The translations under genes were made by a program, and so were the position numbers. The notes beneath the pieces are model-generated. The model saw only the letters and a program-made list of their open reading frames with translations. It did no database searches and was not told where the DNA came from. Of a stretch of DNA of 64,000 nucleotides, positions 38,443 to 47,459 are shown in pieces. This stretch comes from Pseudomonadota bacterium (GTDB lineage Bacteria > Desulfobacterota > Desulfobacteria > Desulfobacterales > RPRI01), in contig JBDRRF010000079.1 of assembly GCA_043825875.1 (NCBI GenBank), positions 32,001 to 96,000 of the forward strand. Direction: 5' to 3'. Numbering within the stretch: the first letter of the stretch is position 1; every line of letters starts with the position of its first letter.

Positions 38443-38737
38443 GAGTTTTTTGAAGGCAGGCAAAAAAACCCTAAAAAGGAGATTCTTATGGCGGATAAAA
38501 TGAAAGTTGAAACAGGTAGCAATGCTTTTATTATGGAGGCCAGTGATGATACTATGCTTCTTGGCCTGAAGCTTCCGAAATGTCCTCACCCGAAAGGTAC
38601 AATGATTAAAGTTTCTCTTGCTCCCGAAGGAGCAAAAGATGATGGCTCTCTAAAAGGAATATGTTGCGATGGCCTTTGTTGGAGCAACTGATTAAATAAA
38701 CATAAACTAAAAAATTTTGCCTGCCTTCAAAAAACTC
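38443..38737. repeat. perfect 23-bp inverted repeat bracketing the peptide gene
   Basis: GAGTTTTTTGAAGGCAGGCAAAA (38443-38465) and TTTTGCCTGCCTTCAAAAAACTC (38715-38737). Confidence 0.95.
38488..38691 (+). CDS. putative RiPP precursor peptide (C-terminal GICCDGLCWSN)
   Basis: 67 aa, AAAAGGAGA RBS, directly upstream of a radical SAM/SPASM gene. Confidence 0.75.
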   Translation: MADKMKVETGSNAFIMEASDDTMLLGLKLPKCPHPKGTMIKVSLAPEGAKDDGSLKGICCDGLCWSN

Positions 38738-38756
38738 GATATATGGAGTAGAGACT

Positions 38757-40076
38757 ATGAAGTCTTCAATGTTTAATCTCGTTTTTGATCATCAAGGAAG
38801 CATCTATTGCTTCAACACTGCTAGCGGTGCTCTTCTTCCAATCTCTGGAGAAACAAAAAAAATAATTAAGGGGAAAAAAATACATACCGATCAATTGAGC
38901 GTTAATTATCCTGATTTAGTGAAAGGTCGATTTTTTGTTCCACCAGAAACGGATGAAATAAAAAAACTCCGATTTAAATATGAATCCCAACGTTTTAATA
39001 CTTCTATCTTAGCACTAACAGTTTGCCCTACTCTTTCATGCAATTTTGCTTGCCCTTACTGCTTCGAATCGCCCAGTATTCAGCAAGGATACATGAGTGA
39101 AGAAACTATCAATTGTTTAATACAGTTCTTGGAGGCACACTTGCCGTCAAAAAAATCTTTACTGTTAACTTGGTTTGGAGGTGAGCCTTTATTAGGGCTG
39201 TCTATAATTGATAGGCTATCAAAAACAATTATTGAACTTTGTGAAAAAAATGAAGTTGAATACAGTTCCTCTATAATCACGAATGGTTATCTTCTTAACC
39301 GTGAAAATGCCGAAACTCTTCTTGCCAATCAAATAACGAGAGTTCAAGTAACCATTGATGGAACAGAAAATGTTCATAATGCAACTCGCTCCCTTAAAAA
39401 CGGAAAAGGAACATTTAACCGCATTATTACTAACGTTCTTTGTTGTAAAGATATTTTAGATGTTGCTATCAGAATAAATTTACACAATAAAAATGCCTAT
39501 GATATGGATAAGCTCATTGCATATTTAGCGGAAAAGGGCTTAGCGAATCAGGCATATGTGGATCGAGTAACAGATGAGGCACATTCTAACAGATGCTTGA
39601 GTTGTGATGACTTTACTTCATTATCGATAGATGACTTTTCAAAATATGAAACAAGAGCGTTAAATGTATTTGCAAACCAAAGAATACTTGACAGGAAGTT
39701 AAAGCCTAAACCAACTTTTTGTGCGGCCACAACTCTATCAATGTTTGTATTAGATCCAGCCGGCAATATTTTTAAATGTTGGCACAGTGTAGGCAATATT
39801 CATGAGTCCATAGGCAATATACACCAAGAGTCAATTGAATTGAATGAGAACCATATAGACTGGCTCTCCTATCTGCCTTATGACGATGATAAATGTTGTA
39901 GTTGTATTTGTCTACCTATTTGTCAGGGCGGTTGCATTTATCAAAAAATATTAGGTGTAAAAGTATTTGGAGAATGTGATTCTATTCGAAGCAACCTGGT
40001 TGATACATTACGGATTGTAATTGATAATGATTTGAATTCTACAAAGCTATCTCATGATAATGTGGTGACTTGTTAA
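38757..40076 (+). CDS. radical SAM/SPASM domain peptide maturase
   Basis: RRE-like N-terminus (FNTASGAL), CNFACPYC, WFGGEPLL, ITNGYLL, QVTIDG, SPASM FC..GNIFKC..CCSCICLPICQGGC..C. Confidence 0.9.
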   Translation: MKSSMFNLVFDHQGSIYCFNTASGALLPISGETKKIIKGKKIHTDQLSVNYPDLVKGRFFVPPETDEIKKLRFKYESQRFNTSILALTVCPTLSCNFACPYCFESPSIQQGYMSEETINCLIQFLEAHLPSKKSLLLTWFGGEPLLGLSIIDRLSKTIIELCEKNEVEYSSSIITNGYLLNRENAETLLANQITRVQVTIDGTENVHNATRSLKNGKGTFNRIITNVLCCKDILDVAIRINLHNKNAYDMDKLIAYLAEKGLANQAYVDRVTDEAHSNRCLSCDDFTSLSIDDFSKYETRALNVFANQRILDRKLKPKPTFCAATTLSMFVLDPAGNIFKCWHSVGNIHESIGNIHQESIELNENHIDWLSYLPYDDDKCCSCICLPICQGGCIYQKILGVKVFGECDSIRSNLVDTLRIVIDNDLNSTKLSHDNVVTC

Positions 40077-40116
40077 TCCGCTGTTTTGTATTGTACCAAT
40101 CTGAGATAATTGAAAA

Positions 40117-40174
40117 AGCTAACCAATAAATCCAGCGGACGCAAAAAGCCGCGCCGCTGATTTAATCGTTATAG
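40117..40174 (+). other. attC site (58 bp)
   Basis: R'' AGCTAAC (complement of cassette 5' GTTAGCT), TAAATCCAGCGG / CCGCTGATTTA stem with an extra C, R' GTTATAG. Confidence 0.9.
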
Positions 40175-40190
40175 CCAAGAGGAGGAAAGA

Positions 40191-40376
40191 ATGAAGAGAA
40201 TCGGAATACTCGTCTTATTACTTTTGATCATTCTGAGTGGTTGCTCAACGCGGTCAATCTCTAATTCAGGATACAGCCCTGAAAGCTACTACCGCCCCCA
40301 AGCCGATAATCCGTTGTACAAGGGTGAGTTGAGTGAATTCGACGGGGCAGTTTGGGGACGCCCTTTACATTTATAG
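40191..40376 (+). pseudogene. truncated cassette lipoprotein
   Basis: GGAGG RBS, lipobox LSGC; after ~40343 the frame reads into the transposase element end; no attC follows. Confidence 0.6.
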
Positions 40377-41441
40377 TTGACAACCTAAATATTTTATATT
40401 AAAAAGATAACATGCCAAGAAAAGCAAGAGTAGATGCGCCGGGAGCCCTTCATCATATCATTGTGCGGGGAATCGAGCGGGCCAAAATATTCAGGGCCGA
40501 TTCCGATCGTGATGATTTTTTGAACCGGTTTGGAAAACTTATAACCGAAACAAAAAGCCTTTGTTTTGCATGGGCTTTATTATCAAATCATTTTCATTTG
40601 CTGGTAAAAACCGGTAGTGTTCCGGTGTCAACTTTGATGAGGCGGCTGCTTACCGGATATGCGGTTTCATTTAACCGGCGGCATAATCGATCAGGGCATC
40701 TATTTCAGAACCGCTATAAATCCATTTTATGCCAGGAGGATGCTTATCTGCTTGAGCTGGTTCGTTACATTCATCTAAATCCCATCAGGGCAAAGCTTGT
40801 TGAAAATATGGAGGCTTTGGATCATTATATTTATTCCGGGCATAGTAATATCATGGGTAAGATTAAAAGACCATGGCAGGATATAACTGATGTTTTAGAA
40901 TTGTTCGGGAACAAAACAGGAACAGCCCGCAGGCGTTATAAGGCATTTGTTGAAAAAGGTATTTCGGAAGGCACGCGTCCAGATTTGATAGGGGGAGGTT
41001 TGATAAGAAGCAGCGGAGGCTGGGAAGCAGTAAAAGCCATGCGCAAGGCGAAGCTATTCGAGAAATCCGATGAACGCATACTTGGAAACGGAGATTTTGT
41101 TGAGACAGTACTTGCTGAATCAAATGAGAATATGAAACGAAAATATCATTTAAGGTCTAAGGGATTTGATCTTGAAAATGTTGCAGTCAGAGTATCGGAA
41201 CTTACAGGTATTGATAAATCGCAGATATTTCTTTCAGGAAAGGAGCAAAGCCGAGTTATTGCGCGCAGCATATTTTGTTATTTTGCTGTTCGGGAACTTG
41301 GGATAAGCATGTCAGAGCTTTCGAGGAAGATGGATCTTTCTTTATCAGGCGTGAGTTTATCGGTGAAACGTGGTGAGAAAATAGTTGATAAGACAGGTTA
41401 TTGTCTCATTGAAAAATAAAAACTTTGGCTCTAAAGAGCGT
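40354..41441 (+). mobile_element. RAYT/Y1 transposase element with imperfect terminal repeats
   Basis: Left end GGGGACGCCCTTTA (40354-40367); right remnant TAAAGAGCGT (41432-41441). Confidence 0.55.
40412..41419 (+). CDS. REP-associated tyrosine (Y1/HUH) transposase with C-terminal DnaA-like HTH
   Basis: MPRKARVDAPGALHHIIVRG, NHFHLL, GHLFQNRYKS, RYIHLNP. Confidence 0.9.
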   Translation: MPRKARVDAPGALHHIIVRGIERAKIFRADSDRDDFLNRFGKLITETKSLCFAWALLSNHFHLLVKTGSVPVSTLMRRLLTGYAVSFNRRHNRSGHLFQNRYKSILCQEDAYLLELVRYIHLNPIRAKLVENMEALDHYIYSGHSNIMGKIKRPWQDITDVLELFGNKTGTARRRYKAFVEKGISEGTRPDLIGGGLIRSSGGWEAVKAMRKAKLFEKSDERILGNGDFVETVLAESNENMKRKYHLRSKGFDLENVAVRVSELTGIDKSQIFLSGKEQSRVIARSIFCYFAVRELGISMSELSRKMDLSLSGVSLSVKRGEKIVDKTGYCLIEK

Positions 41442-41484
41442 TATTTTCACCCAAAAGACGCAAAAAATAAGATCAAGGGTTAAA

Positions 41485-42630
41485 ATGCCAGGATTTTTTT
41501 CCGATTATGATTTTGTTGAAAATGCAATCGAACAGGAATACAGGAAGGCCGAAAAGAAAAAAGGGTTTATAAATCTTACCGTAAGCAACCCGACTCACGA
41601 AGGGCTGATCTTTCCTTTCGAAGTTTTAAGAAATGCCGCAATATCATATCTTTCAAAACGAAGATATGATCCTGATCCGAAAGGTCTGTATTTAGCACGC
41701 CAAGCTGTTTCAGATTATTACAAAAACCGCATACCTTATATTAAAATTCCAACTGATAATATTACTATTACAGCAAGCACAAGTGAATCATACGGTATTT
41801 TATTCTCTCTTCTTGCCGACCCCGGAGACAATATACTTGCACCGAAAATAACTTATCCTCTTTTTGAGCATCTGGCGGCCATTCATCATATCAAACTGCG
41901 TCCTTATGAGCTTGATGAAAATAACAACTGGCAAATCAATGAAAACAGCATACTTTCAGAATATGACTGCCGAACACGTGCAATCATAATTGTTTCACCG
42001 CATAATCCTACGGGAGCAGTTATAAAAGAATCCGTTTCGGTACTTAATCAACTTGGCCTTCCGGTAATATGTGACGAGGTTTTCGCCGAATTCCCATGTA
42101 TGACTGTAAATATTCCACCATTCGGATCGTTGCATCCCGATCTTACGGTTTTTCATCTTAACGGAATTTCAAAGATGTTCGGACTTCCCGATTTAAAGCT
42201 CGGATGGATTGCATTAAGCGGACCTGCTTCAAAAGATTTTGAGAAAAGGCTTGATCTTTTAAACGATACTTATCTTGGAGCAAATTACATGATACAGTCA
42301 ATGCTCCCATCTATTTTTTCAGATGGCTTGGCTTTTGTTAAACAAATGCAAAAACATATCCGCATTGGCATTGATCTTGCCGTTGAATTGCTTTCTATAA
42401 ACCCCAATATAAGTGTAACCCGGCCGGATGGGGGATATTATTTGTTTCCTGAAATAAAAAACTGGAAAGATGAAGAAAAGCTTGTATTATACCTTTTAAA
42501 AAGCAAAAATGTTTTGGTTCATCCCGGTTATTTCTATGACTGTGATAAAAAAGTGCATATTATGATTTCCTGTTTAACGGAAATAAATAAGCTGGCCGAA
42601 GGAATTAAGCGTATTATTGCCGCAATTTGA
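41485..42630 (+). CDS. PLP-dependent aminotransferase class I/II
   Basis: ITASTSESY, SPHNPTG, CDEVF, NGISKMFGLPDLKLGW; start at ATG 41485. Confidence 0.9.
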   Translation: MPGFFSDYDFVENAIEQEYRKAEKKKGFINLTVSNPTHEGLIFPFEVLRNAAISYLSKRRYDPDPKGLYLARQAVSDYYKNRIPYIKIPTDNITITASTSESYGILFSLLADPGDNILAPKITYPLFEHLAAIHHIKLRPYELDENNNWQINENSILSEYDCRTRAIIIVSPHNPTGAVIKESVSVLNQLGLPVICDEVFAEFPCMTVNIPPFGSLHPDLTVFHLNGISKMFGLPDLKLGWIALSGPASKDFEKRLDLLNDTYLGANYMIQSMLPSIFSDGLAFVKQMQKHIRIGIDLAVELLSINPNISVTRPDGGYYLFPEIKNWKDEEKLVLYLLKSKNVLVHPGYFYDCDKKVHIMISCLTEINKLAEGIKRIIAAI

Positions 42631-42647
42631 TTTTAGGGGTGGGTTAA

Positions 42648-43775
42648 ATGATAGAAGAGTTTAAGAAGATTTATGACAACAGGCATGAGTATATCGGAGA
42701 ATGGAAAGAAAAAAACCCTGATCGCAAGATAATGGGATATATCTGCACATCCATGCCTGAAGAGATAATCTATGCCGCCAATGTTTTGCCGATCAGAATA
42801 CTTGGGGCACATGAATCCCAGAATTTAAGCCAACAGCATATGATGGGAATGTTTTGCCCTTTTTCCCGTGATGTTTTAGCTCAGGGCCTTTTGGGAAGGT
42901 ACGACTATCTTGATGCCATAGGCATTACTCATACATGCCAACATATCTATCAGGCATATGAAAGCTGGGTTTTGCATAAAAATATAAAAAGCTTTTATAT
43001 ACCAACGCCAAACACTTCACAAACGCCACATGCCCTGCCCTATATGAGAGGCCAGCTAAAGATATTTTTGGAAAAGCTTGAAAGCTGGACCGGCAAAAAG
43101 ATAAGCGAAAACGATTTAAGACATGGTATTAAAGTAGTTGATACAACCCGGCGTTTAATGAGACAAATATATGAAATGCGAAAGTCTGAAACACCACCCA
43201 TATCAGGGCTTGAATCCATGCTTATGGTTGTTGCTGCTCAAATGTCAGACAAGGAAGAATTTAACAAAATACTAGAAAATGTTATAAAGGACGAACTCCC
43301 CGGCCGTAAAGCTAAGGAAAATCGGGGAATCAGGTTAATGCTGGTAGGCAGTGAACATGACGATGTGAAATTTATTGAAATGGTGGAAAATCTTGATGCC
43401 ATTATAGTCATCGATGATCACTGTACCGGCAGCCGTTATTTCTGGAATACTACTGAACAAAAAGAAGATGCGCTAACCGATATAGCCAAACGATATATTA
43501 ATAAACCGCCCTGCCCTACCAAGGATTTTCCTGCACGAAAACGTCCGGCTCATATTATCGATTTAGCCAGGAAATGGAACGTCGCAGGAGTAATAGAGAT
43601 TCAGCAAAAATTCTGCGATCCCCATGAGCTTGATAAGGTTGCCGTTTCCAAGGCTTTGGAAGAAGCAGGTTTTCCAATATTGAACTTGGAAGCTGATGTT
43701 ACAATGCCGGCAGGCCCTTTCAGAATAAGGGTTGAGGCTTTTTTAGAGATGCTTGGTTCCCAAGATTTATTTTAG
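42648..43775 (+). CDS. bzdN: benzoyl-CoA reductase BzdN-like / 2-hydroxyacyl-CoA dehydratase subunit
   Basis: MPEEIIYAA, MFCPFSRDVL, DDHCTGSRY, QKFCDPH, RIRVEAFLEML. Confidence 0.7.
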   Translation: MIEEFKKIYDNRHEYIGEWKEKNPDRKIMGYICTSMPEEIIYAANVLPIRILGAHESQNLSQQHMMGMFCPFSRDVLAQGLLGRYDYLDAIGITHTCQHIYQAYESWVLHKNIKSFYIPTPNTSQTPHALPYMRGQLKIFLEKLESWTGKKISENDLRHGIKVVDTTRRLMRQIYEMRKSETPPISGLESMLMVVAAQMSDKEEFNKILENVIKDELPGRKAKENRGIRLMLVGSEHDDVKFIEMVENLDAIIVIDDHCTGSRYFWNTTEQKEDALTDIAKRYINKPPCPTKDFPARKRPAHIIDLARKWNVAGVIEIQQKFCDPHELDKVAVSKALEEAGFPILNLEADVTMPAGPFRIRVEAFLEMLGSQDLF

Positions 43776-43794
43776 AATATGGAGTACAAATATA

Positions 43795-45123
43795 ATGGCA
43801 AAATATAAAACGGAACCTTTAAAGTGCTGGAATAAGGCAAAAGAGCTTAGAAAAGGGATTTACGATAATATAGCAAAAGCAAGGGATGAAGGCAAAATGA
43901 TAATTGCCGGTGGTACCGAAAGCGCTATTTCACTGCCTGCCGGCTTTGATATGGAGTTTTTCGGCGGGGAACCGTATGTCGCCGGTTGCGCTTTCATGGG
44001 GAAAAATGATTCAAGCATATATATGAAGTATTTTGAGGCTGCCGAAGCAGCAAAATATCCAAGAGATCTTTGTGCTTACATGCGGCTTAGTGTCGGGTCA
44101 TTAATTTGTAACAGCTATGCATTCGGAGGAACATATCCGAAACCTGCTTTTAATCTCCAAACCCATATATGTGATACCCAGGGGAAGTGGTATCAGACAA
44201 TGAGCGAACTTGAAGGTGTGCCATATAATGCCTTAGACTTTATACCTTTTGAATGGGAAAGCGAAAATGAAAGCGAGGAGAGCAAAAATCTTAAACATAA
44301 ATATCTGAAAGACCAGATGCTGGATATCATTGACTGGATGGAGGATGTAGGCGGAAAAAAATATGACGATGAAAAATTTATTAGTGCTCTAAATTATGAA
44401 TGCGAATCGGCAAGCCTCTGGGCTCATTGCTGTATGTTAAACCGCAATATCCCGGCGGTTATGGATGAAAAGATGATGCATTCACTTTATGTTATAGCAA
44501 CTCTTATGAGACATAAAAAAGCATCTGTGGATTTTTATAAGGAGCTGTTAGATGAGCTTAAAGACAGGGCAGAAAGAGGCATAGCTGCTTTTGCCAATGA
44601 ACGGTTAAGATTATTACTAGACGGTATGCCACCCTGGCACTCTCTTGAAATATACCGTTATATGGAGGAATTCGGAGGGGTGAGCATAGGTTCTAATTTT
44701 TCATTCGGTGTTTCAGGAGGATGGGCCTATGACAGCAAGCAAGATACACGGGTTCCGGCAAAACCTCCTAAAGAAGCCGGAGTGGAATTGAAAACAAGAG
44801 AAGATGCATGCTCCTGGTATGCAAAGTGGCTGCTTGAAACCAATACTGTCTTGAGATCACTTAGATTTTCCGGCAATGGCAAAAACAAAAATATTCTTGA
44901 TCTGGTAAAAAAATGGAATGCTGATGGAGTATTAATCCATCTTAACCGGGGTTGTGAAGGAACAGCAATGGGACAGATGGAAATGAGATATTTCTTAGCG
45001 GAAAACGACATCCCTGTAATGGCTTTTGAAGGCAATCATGCCGACATCCGCGAGTTTGATTTGCCACGGATAAAAACAACAATAAATACATTTATGGAAA
45101 CACTTGAAATAAAAAAGCTCTAG
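43795..45123 (+). CDS. bzdO: benzoyl-CoA reductase BzdO-like / 2-hydroxyacyl-CoA dehydratase subunit
   Basis: MAKYKTEPLKCWNKAKELR, RDLCAYM, HLNRGCEG; start at ATG 43795 after GGAG. Confidence 0.7.
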   Translation: MAKYKTEPLKCWNKAKELRKGIYDNIAKARDEGKMIIAGGTESAISLPAGFDMEFFGGEPYVAGCAFMGKNDSSIYMKYFEAAEAAKYPRDLCAYMRLSVGSLICNSYAFGGTYPKPAFNLQTHICDTQGKWYQTMSELEGVPYNALDFIPFEWESENESEESKNLKHKYLKDQMLDIIDWMEDVGGKKYDDEKFISALNYECESASLWAHCCMLNRNIPAVMDEKMMHSLYVIATLMRHKKASVDFYKELLDELKDRAERGIAAFANERLRLLLDGMPPWHSLEIYRYMEEFGGVSIGSNFSFGVSGGWAYDSKQDTRVPAKPPKEAGVELKTREDACSWYAKWLLETNTVLRSLRFSGNGKNKNILDLVKKWNADGVLIHLNRGCEGTAMGQMEMRYFLAENDIPVMAFEGNHADIREFDLPRIKTTINTFMETLEIKKL

Positions 45124-45779
45124 AAATAGCGGGTTACTCCTATCAAAGCACCGATAGAATTCACACTCGTATTTCGCTCATCACTTCCTCCGTTGGAAAC
45201 ATGGTGAAACATGGCTTCAAAATCTATTGACCAGCTTTTTTCAAACAGATAGCAAACCCCTATACTACCCTGAGGATTATACTCTATATTATTGCCTATT
45301 AAAATCTGTGAGCGATCTTTGTATGCATCGTTATAAACAATCCCGCCTCCTATCTGGATGTAAGGGAATATACGGTCTGTGCTATAAGGAAGATTATATC
45401 TGAACAGGCAAGTTACACCGCTGATTATATTACCAGGGCCCTCAAATATAAAAGAATGGGTCAGCTCAAATATGAACTCCAGATCTCCATTAAGATTGAG
45501 TTTTTGCAAAGTCAGTTCCGGATTCAAACCCCAGATAAAGCGAAGGTCTGCCATGGCATAATTTATTTCCGGCCTGGAGCTTCTTTTATAAACCGGAGAG
45601 TATATGACTCCGGCAATAGTCTGAACCGAAAACCTGTCTTTAACAATTATATCGAACAAAATATTAGGGTTATTCTTATCTTCCCCACCGGTTTGGCCGT
45701 CAGACCGGGCAAAGCCATTTAAAGGCAGAAATAATAATAACAGATAAACAACTATTATTGCAAAAAATACTCTTCTCAT
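45120..45779 (-). CDS. acyloxyacyl hydrolase / lipid A 3-O-deacylase (PagL-like) beta-barrel
   Basis: Signal peptide, PYIQIGGG, HHVSNGG..N, terminal Phe. Confidence 0.75.
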   Translation of the reverse strand: MRRVFFAIIVVYLLLLFLPLNGFARSDGQTGGEDKNNPNILFDIIVKDRFSVQTIAGVIYSPVYKRSSRPEINYAMADLRFIWGLNPELTLQKLNLNGDLEFIFELTHSFIFEGPGNIISGVTCLFRYNLPYSTDRIFPYIQIGGGIVYNDAYKDRSQILIGNNIEYNPQGSIGVCYLFEKSWSIDFEAMFHHVSNGGSDERNTSVNSIGALIGVTRYF

Positions 45780-45867
45780 GATCTTCTCTCTGCTTCCAAT
45801 CCACATAATAACAAAACATTTTTTTATCCGCGCTACTGTTATAATAATTTTTTACAAAAGCAAAAAA

Positions 45868-46440
45868 TTATTTATCTGTCTGCGTTAAAATTTTCCAGTA
45901 AGCTAACAGCTCATCTCTAGTTACTATTGCTGTTACATTATTAATATGCTCTCTTATGTTATCTATGCCACCTTCCTGCCGGTCAACAAGAATTACTGCT
46001 TTAACAACTTCCATACCTTCGGAACGTGCCCGTTCTATGGCTGTAACTGTTGACCCTCCTGTGGTGGCAACATCATCTATTATGGCAACTCTGCTCCCTT
46101 TTTTCAGATCACACTCTATCCATCGGATAATACCATGATCTTTTATGGCTTTTCTTATTGAAAAAGCATTAATCGGTTTTTCTTTCAATCCTGAGACAAA
46201 AGCTGTTGCAACGGCTATGGGATCTGCTCCAAAAGTAAGTCCTCCCACTCCGGCTATATTTGAATCTTTTATTGCATCAAATACCAGATTGCCGATTAAA
46301 AACATACCCCGCGGGTTAAGAGTAACAGGCTTGCAGTTAATATAAAAATTACTCATCTTTCCTGATGCAAGTTTAAACACCGGCTCTTTGGTGTATTGAA
46401 ATGATTTACGGCACAAAAGGTCAATAAGCTCTTGTTTCAT
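45868..46440 (-). CDS. pyrE: orotate phosphoribosyltransferase
   Basis: [43 protein letters not shown]. Confidence 0.93.
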   Translation of the reverse strand: MKQELIDLLCRKSFQYTKEPVFKLASGKMSNFYINCKPVTLNPRGMFLIGNLVFDAIKDSNIAGVGGLTFGADPIAVATAFVSGLKEKPINAFSIRKAIKDHGIIRWIECDLKKGSRVAIIDDVATTGGSTVTAIERARSEGMEVVKAVILVDRQEGGIDNIREHINNVTAIVTRDELLAYWKILTQTDK

Positions 46441-46565
46441 AATAAATAAAAATCCTCTAAAATGTTTAAAAGTTAGAGCCCCATGCAGAACATCCGCGCT
46501 GAAGCTTTATGTAAATACTTATTAAAATATCAATAAAATGTTGATTTTAATCTGTTCTTCAGGGT

Positions 46566-46661
46566 ATAAAAAAGCCCCCGCCGAAACGGAAGAAGCTTTT
46601 ATGGGGACTCGGCAGAGGCTTTGAGTAAGGAAAACTCTAATAAAGCATTCCTTCGGACTCG
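46566..46661 (-). ncRNA. candidate small RNA or pyrE leader (two hairpins, U-tail)
   Basis: Minus-strand promoter just upstream; 14-bp terminator stem with G-U pairs only on the minus strand; no ORF. Confidence 0.5.
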
Positions 46662-46666
46662 TTTGT

Positions 46667-46695
46667 TGTATAGCAATTAATTTTAATCAGGTCAA
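46667..46695 (-). promoter_or_regulatory. sigma70-type promoter of the candidate sRNA
   Basis: TTGACC-17-TATACA with TGn extension on the minus strand. Confidence 0.5.
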
Positions 46696-46765
46696 TGAAA
46701 ACTCTATTGTGTGAGATAGAAGGATTTAAGGCAAGTCTTAGCACTATGACTATGGAGCTTATTGA

Positions 46766-47458
46766 ATGGGAAATGGAAACAATGAAAATTATTTAATAAG
46801 AATGTTCCATGTTTACAGGCGATATGGAAACAAGACAGCCCTTTTTGATATTAACCTGGATGTGAGAAAAAATGAATTCATATATGTAACCGGTCCAAGT
46901 GGCGCCGGAAAGACGACTCTTCTTAAACTTCTTTACCTTGGAGAGCCAATGTCTGAAGGACAGATTATCGTAGATGGTGTTAATCTGGCAAGGATAGCAA
47001 AAAATAAAATGCCGCTTCTTCGAAGAAAATTCGGAATAATATTTCAGGAGTTTAAATTAATACCAACAAAAACCGTATTTGAAAATATTGCTCTTGTTCT
47101 GGAAGCAGCTGGAAAACAAAACAGGTTTATACAAAAAAAAGTGGGGAGCATGCTTAGAGCTGTGGGCATGGAAGACAGGCAGAACTCTTTTCCCCTCAGT
47201 CTTTCGGGAGGAGAGCAACAACGTGTTGCAATAGCCCGAGCAATGGCGGGTGATCCAAAAATAATTCTTGCAGATGAGCCAACAGGAAGCCTTGACCCTG
47301 ATTCTTCGGAACAGGTAATAGAACTTATTAAAGGATTTCATGCCCGTGGCTCAACGATAATTATCACGACTCACGATACCAAACTCATAAAAAAAACAGG
47401 CGGCAGGATGATACATTTAAAACAAGGCCGTTTGTGGTTACCATCAAATCAGCGCTGA
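46766..47458 (+). CDS. ftsE: cell division ATP-binding protein
   Basis: [39 protein letters not shown]; followed by ftsX. Confidence 0.93.
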   Translation: MGNGNNENYLIRMFHVYRRYGNKTALFDINLDVRKNEFIYVTGPSGAGKTTLLKLLYLGEPMSEGQIIVDGVNLARIAKNKMPLLRRKFGIIFQEFKLIPTKTVFENIALVLEAAGKQNRFIQKKVGSMLRAVGMEDRQNSFPLSLSGGEQQRVAIARAMAGDPKIILADEPTGSLDPDSSEQVIELIKGFHARGSTIIITTHDTKLIKKTGGRMIHLKQGRLWLPSNQR

Positions 47459-47459
47459 T

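Noticed and set aside
38443..40076. Retron (inverted repeats followed by an enzyme gene)
   Set aside because: The enzyme is a radical SAM with no reverse transcriptase motifs, and the enclosed region is an ORF with a good RBS.
46640..46661. PyrR-binding loop upstream of pyrE
   Set aside because: GAGUCCGAAGG only loosely resembles the ARUCCAGAGAGG consensus, and no antiterminator was evident.
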